A model generated the notes under the pieces. The model ran no database searches. It was given only the letters and a program-made list of their open reading frames with translations, and was not told where the DNA came from. Made by a program: the position numbers and the translations under genes. Below, one piece after another: positions 56,664 through 64,000 of a stretch of 64,000 bases of DNA; the stretch's first letter is position 1; each line of letters opens with the position of its first letter. The stretch comes from a virus (taxonomy: Duplodnaviria > Caudoviricetes): the IMG/VR virus record IMGVR_UViG_3300024344_003081, one strand, 5' to 3'.

Positions 56664-57682
56664 AACATATACATTTTGAACCTACGCAAAGATGTCAGGC
56701 GGCGTGTCCTATGTGTGATAGAACTAATAATCCACATATAAAAAATGCTGAACTTTCTATAGAACAATTTAAACAAATTGTAAATGCTAATTTAGCAAAA
56801 CAATTAAATAGTTTTCTTATGTGTGGTAATCATGGAGATCCTATGATTGCAAAGGATACCCTTGAAATGTTTGACTGGTTACGCTATAATAATAATGAAC
56901 TATATCTTCATATGACTACAAATGCTGGAGGACGATCTGATGATTGGTGGAAAAGACTTGCGGAAATTTTTGGTGATTATGGAAAAGTATCTTTTTCAGT
57001 AGATGGTTTAGAAGACACAAATCATTTATATCGAGTAAATGTAGATTGGAATCGTGTTGAAAATTCAATGGATGTTTTTACTCAAGCAGGAGGAAAAGGT
57101 TATTGGGTATTTTTAATATTTGAACATAATGAACATCAAGTAGAAGAAGCAGAACGAATGGCTAAATTATTTGGACTTGAATTTGTGAGAAAAAAGTCTG
57201 GAAGATGGGTGCAAAGTTATAAAAATAAGAAAATTGACAAAAAGATAACCACTAAGGGGAATGAGATTAAGCCACCAGCTAATCCAGAGAATCAGAATAA
57301 GAGTGTTAACAGTTATGATAAATTGATTAAAAGTCATGGTTCCTTTCAAGAGTATTTAGATAAAACAAAAATAAAATGTAAGTCAATAGATACTAAAGAA
57401 ATTTTTATTTCAGCAGAAGGTCTTGTGACTCCTTGTTGTTGGACTGCTGGAAAATTATATAAAGTATATGAAAAAATAGGACAAAATCAAATATGGTCTT
57501 ATATAGATGATATTAAAAATATTAATGCTTTATATAAACCTTTAAATGAAATTATTGAAGGAGATTTTTTTAAAAAGATTAAACAATCTTGGAATTTGCC
57601 TTCTTGTTCACAAGGAAAATCAAAAGTTTGTGCAGAGAAGTGTGGTACTGATTTTAACGCATTTGCAGATCAATGGAAATAA
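56615..57682 (+). CDS. radical SAM protein with C-terminal Twitch/SPASM domain
   Basis: CQAACPMC; GNHGDP; TPCC..CAEKC. Confidence 0.9.
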   Translation: MYRIKKEEQLYKFEEIKHIHFEPTQRCQAACPMCDRTNNPHIKNAELSIEQFKQIVNANLAKQLNSFLMCGNHGDPMIAKDTLEMFDWLRYNNNELYLHMTTNAGGRSDDWWKRLAEIFGDYGKVSFSVDGLEDTNHLYRVNVDWNRVENSMDVFTQAGGKGYWVFLIFEHNEHQVEEAERMAKLFGLEFVRKKSGRWVQSYKNKKIDKKITTKGNEIKPPANPENQNKSVNSYDKLIKSHGSFQEYLDKTKIKCKSIDTKEIFISAEGLVTPCCWTAGKLYKVYEKIGQNQIWSYIDDIKNINALYKPLNEIIEGDFFKKIKQSWNLPSCSQGKSKVCAEKCGTDFNAFADQWK

Positions 57683-58395
57683 AAATTAATTGTCTTAAAT
57701 GGGGAACAAAATATGATTCTTCATATGTTAATAGAACATATGGTGGGTTATTAAAACATTGTAATGAATCATTTCATTTCGTTTGTTATACTGATAATCC
57801 TAAGGGAATATCTTCTAAAATTGAAACAAAAGATATTGAAGAACTTAGACCATATAATACAAATATGATGTTTACATATGAAAAATTAATGCTGATAGAC
57901 AAAGACGAATATGATAAGAATCTCTGGATAGATTTAGATGTATTAGTACATGAAAATGTAACTGAATTAATAACAAGAAAGCATAATAATATTACATTTA
58001 TATGGAATTATTGGAATGATTATGAAAAAATAAGTTTATTTAATTTTGGTAGGGGAGTTTCTTGTCATGTAAATTCTTCATTTGTTGCATGGGATAAGGG
58101 AACAGCTTCTTGGCTTTTAAAATATACTAAAGAAAATTGGAAAAAAATAGAATGGACATATAAAAGTCTTGATAAGTATTTGTTTTATCAACATTACAGA
58201 AATAATAAAATTAATTTATGGGAAGATGGATTTTTTTCAAATTATAATAAAGAAAATTATAAATTAAAAAATAAAGTAACATTATTTAATACATCACATC
58301 TTTATAACAATAAAAATATGAAAGAAATTAAACATTACGAATTAGATGAATCACCAGTACAGGAATTATGGAAAAGTTATTCTCTTGGGTTGTAA
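57673..58395 (+). CDS. GT-A fold phage glycosyltransferase
   Basis: CLKWGTKY, FVCYTD, IDLDV, NSS. Confidence 0.75.
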   Translation: MEIKINCLKWGTKYDSSYVNRTYGGLLKHCNESFHFVCYTDNPKGISSKIETKDIEELRPYNTNMMFTYEKLMLIDKDEYDKNLWIDLDVLVHENVTELITRKHNNITFIWNYWNDYEKISLFNFGRGVSCHVNSSFVAWDKGTASWLLKYTKENWKKIEWTYKSLDKYLFYQHYRNNKINLWEDGFFSNYNKENYKLKNKVTLFNTSHLYNNKNMKEIKHYELDESPVQELWKSYSLGL

Positions 58396-58787
58396 ATCAT
58401 GAAAAAATTTCTGTATTATGTTGTCCAAGTTTTAAATTTATTAAAACATTAAAAGGACTGGATATGGAGATTGATAATATAAATTATGATATTAATTTTA
58501 GAGATATGCCAAATGTGATTTGTAAAGATTTTGTATTTGATAATGTTAAATTATATAATTGTGTATTGCATTATAATTGTGAGAAAACATATCCTGTGGG
58601 ACGAATGCATGAAGGAATTTTTATATTAAGGGGTGATGATAAAGAACATAATGGTGATTGTAATCCTATTCATTCGATTGATAAATTAATAGATGATAAT
58701 GAATTGACAGAAGTTTTTGATTCATTTGAAATACAAAGTAAAAATAAAAAATACAAACATTATTGTGTATATGGAACAAATCTATAA
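58368..58787 (+). CDS. hypothetical protein
   Basis: coupled ORF. Confidence 0.55.
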   Translation: MEKLFSWVVNHEKISVLCCPSFKFIKTLKGLDMEIDNINYDINFRDMPNVICKDFVFDNVKLYNCVLHYNCEKTYPVGRMHEGIFILRGDDKEHNGDCNPIHSIDKLIDDNELTEVFDSFEIQSKNKKYKHYCVYGTNL

Positions 58788-59541
58788 TTGGAGAAAAAAT
58801 AAAAACGATATAAGTTTGCACAATATTGAAATAGGTTCTTATAATGAAAAGATTGGAGAACTTAAAGAAGAAATAGGTTCTATTAGAGAGACTATTGGAG
58901 AACATAGAGAACAAATTTCTATATGTGAAAATGATAATAGAGAAACACCATATTATTGGGTCAATCAATGGGTTAATAATAATTTGCCTTCATATTCTAA
59001 TAGTTTTGAAGACTCTGTATCTCAAGGACAATATGAATCTAAATTATGGTTAAATGAAAAATTAGAAAAATTTATTTCTATGCCAGAACTTCATATTGAT
59101 ATTATCGGTTCTTGGTTTGGATTTCCTTTAATAGAAATGTTAGCAAATGCGTTTGATATAAAACAAATAGATTTATATGATATTGATGAGGATTGTCATA
59201 AAGTAACTGCTCAATATATAAATCATTTTGATTGTGATTTTAAAATAGTGCAATTTAAAGATTTTTTTGAACGTAAAGAAATGAGAAGAAGACATTTAAT
59301 TATTAATACATCATCTGAACATATGTCTGATATAGTTCTTATGAAAGAATATTATAAAGATTATCCAGTAAAACCTATTTTAGCAATACAATCAAATAAT
59401 TATTTTGATGTTGAAGATCATATAAATTGTGTAAAAGAGGTTGATGAATTAATAGAAAAAAATCAAATTAAAAATGTTTTGTATAAAGGAAAACGTTCTT
59501 TGCCATTATATGATAGATTTATGGTGATAGGTAAATGGTAG
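58771..59541 (+). CDS. class I SAM-dependent methyltransferase-like protein with N-terminal coiled coil
   Basis: GQ..SK.WL, IIGSWFG, LYDID, IINTSSEHM. Confidence 0.65.
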   Translation: MEQIYNWRKNKNDISLHNIEIGSYNEKIGELKEEIGSIRETIGEHREQISICENDNRETPYYWVNQWVNNNLPSYSNSFEDSVSQGQYESKLWLNEKLEKFISMPELHIDIIGSWFGFPLIEMLANAFDIKQIDLYDIDEDCHKVTAQYINHFDCDFKIVQFKDFFERKEMRRRHLIINTSSEHMSDIVLMKEYYKDYPVKPILAIQSNNYFDVEDHINCVKEVDELIEKNQIKNVLYKGKRSLPLYDRFMVIGKW

Positions 59542-60104
59542 TTATTGTTCTTGTACGCACAGGAAGTAAATATGATGAATGGTATGAAAATAATATCATT
59601 TATATGATACGTAAATTTGGAGAAATGAAAAGATGTGAATATTATATTATAAGAGAGGGAGAAGGTAGTGTATATGATAAACTTAAAATGTTTAAGGAAT
59701 GTACTGATGATGTAAATTATTTATATTTTGACTTAGATATTATTATTAAGAAGCCCATAGACTATTTAATTAAAGATGATTTTACACTTGTTAATGCTTG
59801 GTGGAGGGCGCCATTTCATACTCCTTTGAATTCTTCAATAATGTCATGGAAAGGAAATTATTCTCATATTTATGACAAATTTTATGAAGATGAAGATTAT
59901 AGCAGAGTAAAATATTGGAAAGGTATTGATGAATATATTTACAAAGAAATGGAGTATAATACTTATGATGATAAAGTATGTTGGTCTTATCCCTGGAATA
60001 GACAAGAATTAGATTATTCTATTTGTTTGTTCAATCATGAATTTGCTCCTGCAATGAGAATAAAAGGATGGATGGAAAAATATGTGTTATTAGAAACTTC
60101 TTAA
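59535..60104 (+). CDS. GT-A fold phage glycosyltransferase
   Basis: VRTGSKY, YFDLDII, LNSSIMSW, GIDEYI. Confidence 0.75.
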   Translation: MVVIVLVRTGSKYDEWYENNIIYMIRKFGEMKRCEYYIIREGEGSVYDKLKMFKECTDDVNYLYFDLDIIIKKPIDYLIKDDFTLVNAWWRAPFHTPLNSSIMSWKGNYSHIYDKFYEDEDYSRVKYWKGIDEYIYKEMEYNTYDDKVCWSYPWNRQELDYSICLFNHEFAPAMRIKGWMEKYVLLETS

Positions 60105-60601
60105 CAGAAGAAGAATGTTTTAATTTTATTATAACTTATAGAAAAAAAGTTCGGCGAGCCGGAGTTATAAATGAAGAATTTTCTGATTATCGAAGATCAA
60201 AAGTTTTTATTTGGCATAAAGATTCTTTTTTAGAAAACAAATTTAATTGTTCTAATATGATATTTCAATTTTCAGAATATTCTAAATTAAATTATTATCA
60301 TTGGCATAATGATTTTAATACTACTCAATCGGAGCGTAAAAGAATAGAAACATGTGTGGTGCCTTTAAATGAGGAATATCAAGGAGGTCTTTTTGAAATT
60401 AAAGATCAAGATCCAATTGAATTAAATGTAGGAGATTGTCTTAGATTTGATTCAAAATTAGAACATAGAGTTAATCCTGTATTAAAAGGAAAAAGATATT
60501 CTTTAACTGCTTGGGTTATTGAACAAAAGTCAATAAAACATTATTTTGAAGATGAAATTTATAAACATCTTGTAATTGCAAACGATTTGGAATTAATATG
60601 A
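60068..60601 (+). CDS. 2OG-Fe(II) oxygenase (prolyl-hydroxylase-like)
   Basis: YHWHND, LNEEYQGG, HRVNPV..GKRYSLTAW. Confidence 0.88.
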   Translation: MDGKICVIRNFLTEEECFNFIITYRKKVRRAGVINEEFSDYRRSKVFIWHKDSFLENKFNCSNMIFQFSEYSKLNYYHWHNDFNTTQSERKRIETCVVPLNEEYQGGLFEIKDQDPIELNVGDCLRFDSKLEHRVNPVLKGKRYSLTAWVIEQKSIKHYFEDEIYKHLVIANDLELI

Positions 60602-61677
60602 CAGATAAAACATCCGATATAGTTTTGATACATGCTTATTTGTCTGATGAAGAAAGAAAATCAGTTTGTCATAAATTTATAAAACAATTTAAATCTTTTG
60701 GGTATGATGTTATAATCACAAGTCATTTGCCCCTTGATAAAGATACACAAGAATTGGTTGATTATGCAATTTATGATAAAGATAATATTTTGTTAAATGA
60801 TCCTACACTTAAAGGATATTTGGTAAATTATGCTTATGCTCCTGATGATGAAGGAAATCCTATACCCCTTTTTAATATTGCAAGTAGAGAATTTTTTAAA
60901 AATAATACAATACTTGCAGTTTTACGTTTATTGCTTGCTGGTGTTACGTATGCAAAACTTCTTAATAAAAAAATAATACATTTATTTGATTATGATGGAT
61001 TTTTGCCTACTGATGAAGAGTTAATAAAAAATAGCGATATTATATTGAATCAAGGAAAACAAGCAGTATTTTATGAACGTGAGACAGAAAATTTAGATGC
61101 CGAACATTGGGGCGAAAGAAGAATTAGACATTGGCAAATTATGACATTAATTATGTCTTGTAATGTAGATTTTTTATATCGAAGATTGAATATGTATTCT
61201 GATGATCATCTTAAAAAAATGATTACTTATAAAGGTATGCAAATGGGAGAAGAGTTATTAGGATATGTTCTTGGGGTGTCTTATTTAAATAAAGAAAAAG
61301 ATACTTTTGAAGAAAACATTGAAATAAAAAATCTTGAAGAAAGTTCTCAAAGAATAGGTTTTGAAAAACAAAAAGTTTATACTGATGCTGAATTTCCTTG
61401 GATATGTCTTGCAAAAGATCCGGCACAAGATGGATATAGATTTTTTGCTATGCCACCGAAAGGAACAATTCATGTGAAAGTTTTTTATAATCATAATTTA
61501 TATTCTGCATTTACTTGTTCTGATTGGGGATATAGAACAGATTATTTTGCTTCAGAAGGACTTGAAAATATAACAATTCATGTGAATGATGAATTTTTTA
61601 GAGAATATGATTTTACTGATCCAAAAACAGAAGCACTTATTTTAATGAATAGTATTTGGACTGATGCACCAAAATAA
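60598..61677 (+). CDS. hypothetical protein (possible glycosyltransferase-associated)
   Basis: long coupled ORF; IITSHLP..YAIYDKDN. Confidence 0.55.
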   Translation: MTDKTSDIVLIHAYLSDEERKSVCHKFIKQFKSFGYDVIITSHLPLDKDTQELVDYAIYDKDNILLNDPTLKGYLVNYAYAPDDEGNPIPLFNIASREFFKNNTILAVLRLLLAGVTYAKLLNKKIIHLFDYDGFLPTDEELIKNSDIILNQGKQAVFYERETENLDAEHWGERRIRHWQIMTLIMSCNVDFLYRRLNMYSDDHLKKMITYKGMQMGEELLGYVLGVSYLNKEKDTFEENIEIKNLEESSQRIGFEKQKVYTDAEFPWICLAKDPAQDGYRFFAMPPKGTIHVKVFYNHNLYSAFTCSDWGYRTDYFASEGLENITIHVNDEFFREYDFTDPKTEALILMNSIWTDAPK

Positions 61678-62452
61678 AATAACTATTATAATTCATACAT
61701 GTGATGAATACAGTCATTTTTGGGATGGTTGGTATACCATGTTCGATCATTTTGGATTTTTAGATTTAGGATGGCCCATACATTTTTGCAATGAAGAAGT
61801 AGATTTGCCTTTTAATGATCAGAGAATAACTCAGATTAAAACAGGTAAAAGTAAAAAGTATATGGGAGTTGAATGGAGAGAATGGTTACCTACTTTTGGG
61901 GGACCTAAACAAGTTGATGAAGGATGGAGTGATAGACTTATAGCATCTTTAAATTCAACTCAAACAAAGTATGTTTTATACATGCAAGAAGATCAATGGC
62001 CTTTTAAACAGATTAATGTAAATTTATTTAATAAATTATTAAATTTCGTATCTATTCATGATATAAATGGATTAAGATTACATCGACTTATATCTTCTTA
62101 TGATCTAAATGAATTTGAAGAAACAGACTATTATATAGACAATAAAAAAGTTTTAAGAGTCAAAAGGGATGCCGGTTTTTTATTATGTCATCAACCTACT
62201 ATTTGGAATAAAGACTTTTTATTAGATGTGAGTATTCATGGAGAAGGGTTTAGAGATAATGAATATGCTGGAAGTGAAAGAGTTAGAGAAAAATATAAAG
62301 ATCCAAAAATTTTTGTATATAATCATCATTGGTTTTTAGAAAAATCTGCTTCTTCTGCTGGTTTATGGATACCAGAAATTGAATGGGAATATAGAGAAGT
62401 TGCAAGAGAACGTGATGTTTATAAACATTTTAATATGATTAAAAATGAATAA
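61664..62452 (+). CDS. GT-A-like hypothetical protein
   Basis: IIIHTCD.Y, YVLYMQED, HQPTIWNK. Confidence 0.55.
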   Translation: MHQNKITIIIHTCDEYSHFWDGWYTMFDHFGFLDLGWPIHFCNEEVDLPFNDQRITQIKTGKSKKYMGVEWREWLPTFGGPKQVDEGWSDRLIASLNSTQTKYVLYMQEDQWPFKQINVNLFNKLLNFVSIHDINGLRLHRLISSYDLNEFEETDYYIDNKKVLRVKRDAGFLLCHQPTIWNKDFLLDVSIHGEGFRDNEYAGSERVREKYKDPKIFVYNHHWFLEKSASSAGLWIPEIEWEYREVARERDVYKHFNMIKNE

Positions 62453-63170
62453 AACAAAAGTTTTTGCAGTTAGAATAGGCGACAAGTATGGACAAGATGT
62501 AGAAAATTACATTGAATCCAAAATTTCAAATGTAACTTGGATTCGTGATGAATTACCAGATGTAAAATTACAATGGAATAAGTTACGAGTTATGAATATG
62601 GACATAGATGAACCTGTTCTTGTGATTGATATAGATATGCTTTTTATGAATGATTATGTTAAAGCAATAGATTATCCAATTAAAAAAGGTGAATTTTTAA
62701 CTGCAAAGTCTTGGTGGAAAGATACTTGGAATGAAAATTATTCTTTATGTGGGGGATTTCAAAAATATTATCCAAAAGATTGTAAATACATTTATGATGA
62801 ATTTATGAGTAATATTGATTATTGGTCACAATATTATATTACACGTAAAATAACAATTGGACCAGTTAATGGAGAGCAATATTTTGTAGAAGATCAAGTA
62901 AAGAATCGACTAAAATTAAAATATCTTCCAGAAACATGGATGTCTAGGATGTGTAATAAAAATGATTTAGAAGAACTTGCTTTAATAAATTCTCAATATC
63001 CAGGAGAATATGTTTATTTAGATGGGTTTCATAATGATATCAAAATAATACATTTTAAAGATTATGAAATAGATTATTCTTTTTCTTCTGGATATAGTTC
63101 CGCATCTCTTTCTGCTTCAACATCAGGTGTTTCTTCTTCACCTTCACCCTCATTAAGAATTTCAGAATAA
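62445..63170 (+). CDS. GT-A fold phage glycosyltransferase
   Basis: VRIGDKYG, WNKL, IDIDM, GEQYFV, IIHF. Confidence 0.7.
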   Translation: MNKTKVFAVRIGDKYGQDVENYIESKISNVTWIRDELPDVKLQWNKLRVMNMDIDEPVLVIDIDMLFMNDYVKAIDYPIKKGEFLTAKSWWKDTWNENYSLCGGFQKYYPKDCKYIYDEFMSNIDYWSQYYITRKITIGPVNGEQYFVEDQVKNRLKLKYLPETWMSRMCNKNDLEELALINSQYPGEYVYLDGFHNDIKIIHFKDYEIDYSFSSGYSSASLSASTSGVSSSPSPSLRISE

Positions 63171-63961
63171 GCCGCAAATAATGAAACTAAATCTTCAGCT
63201 TTTCTAATTCTGGATCTGGCATCTTTATTTTCACTATTTTGTACATTTTCTTTTTCGAAAAGTTGTAATTTCCATTTAAAAATTTGTTCGGAACTTCCAC
63301 CAAGTAATACTTCTATATTTGTAGGAATTTTTTCTGCTGTATCTTCCGGTACATCACCATTAACTATCAAATAATACCAATACATTGCTTCAATAATTGA
63401 ACTAGCTTTTCTGATATTTTGACGATACTCTTTATTTTCACATTCTTGTACTGGAGGGGATTCAAATATTTCAAGTTTTGTTTGAAATAATTCTTCTGTT
63501 GAAGCATTTCTTATTGAGTCCCATGTAATAGGTCTTGTTTCATCAATAGTTTCTATTTTAATATTGCCATTTGCTCTATATTCTAGATACTCTTGAAAAT
63601 CTTTTTCTCTTTGTAAATTATCATTATGCCATGCCTCAGTAAATTTTTCTATTTCTTCAAATGTCTTGAATTTGTGATCATCAGGCATAGAATCTATCAA
63701 TGCTCGACATAATTCTGTTTCAACCATTGTTTCTAATTGTTGTACATCAATCTCGGGATGAGGAACAGTCAAATCTTCACCTTCAGGAATTTCTCTCCAA
63801 CGAACCCATAAGGGATTATCTACATCAGGTGTATTCAATGGATATTTGTAAAATATACCAGTAATTCTACATTGCTTCCAATATGATGTCCATGTTTCAT
63901 AATCTGAAGCGTGATATGCTTCTGCAAGAGTAGTTCTTTTTTGGACACTTTGTTCAGCCAT
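63074..63961 (-). CDS. acidic hypothetical protein with two C-terminal repeats
   Basis: AAGGAG SD upstream on the minus strand; two ELF..KL.IFE...V...ENK..R..IRKA units. Confidence 0.75.
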   Translation of the reverse strand: MAEQSVQKRTTLAEAYHASDYETWTSYWKQCRITGIFYKYPLNTPDVDNPLWVRWREIPEGEDLTVPHPEIDVQQLETMVETELCRALIDSMPDDHKFKTFEEIEKFTEAWHNDNLQREKDFQEYLEYRANGNIKIETIDETRPITWDSIRNASTEELFQTKLEIFESPPVQECENKEYRQNIRKASSIIEAMYWYYLIVNGDVPEDTAEKIPTNIEVLLGGSSEQIFKWKLQLFEKENVQNSENKDARSRIRKAEDLVSLFAAYSEILNEGEGEEETPDVEAERDAELYPEEKE

Positions 63962-64000
63962 TATATTTTCTCCTTTAAGGTGTTCTTTGTCCTGGTGTTA

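Noticed and set aside
1679-61494. Numerous short minus-strand and alternate-frame ORFs in the track (e.g. 1679, 16074, 28608, 44647, 50681, 56417)
   Set aside because: Shadow frames of well-supported plus-strand genes with no motifs or SD
14708-63170. 7-deazaguanine (dpd) DNA modification or RiPP cluster
   Set aside because: No DpdA, FolE or QueD, and no recognisable precursor peptide, RRE, protease or transporter in the window
1-64000. Genome-wide UGA recoding (code 4/25) as the explanation of the TGA at 6465
   Set aside because: Many intact genes end in TGA with ATGA coupling, and Trp is encoded by TGG throughout
1-64000. CRISPR arrays, transposases, introns, inteins, homing endonucleases
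   Set aside because: No regularly spaced repeats or relevant motifs seen; the repeats at 1.3-4.9 kb are promoter cassettes

Overview
AT-rich segment of a large T4-like (myovirus-type) bacteriophage genome, probably aquatic/marine; the host cannot be determined from this window. (1) 1-8.9 kb is an early/accessory region of small ORFs driven by repeated sigma70-type promoters (TTGACA-17bp-GATAAT). It holds four tRNAs (Gly, Tyr, Asp, Asn), two unexplained structured GC-rich elements, and an Rdx/SelW-like ORF with an in-frame UGA (CxxU) that the ORF track misses, i.e. a probable phage-encoded selenoprotein. (2) 8.9-14.7 kb is a T4-like core block: SleB-like hydrolase after a TATAAATA late promoter, GT4, RNase H, nucleotidyltransferase, FmdB zinc ribbon and a PD-(D/E)XK exonuclease. 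(3) 14.7-63.2 kb is a ~48 kb single-strand, translationally coupled island of tailoring enzymes: 14 radical SAM genes, about 7 2OG-Fe(II)/cupin oxygenases, 5 SGNH-like paralogs, about 10 glycosyltransferase-like genes, 2 amidinotransferases, 2 aminotransferases, and one each of carbamoyltransferase, flavin halogenase, nitroreductase, adenylating enzyme, cytidylyltransferase, sulfotransferase-like, QueC-like and methyltransferase-like. A convergent minus-strand gene ends the window. All family calls come from motif recognition by eye, not database searches; several start codons were refined from the ORF track.
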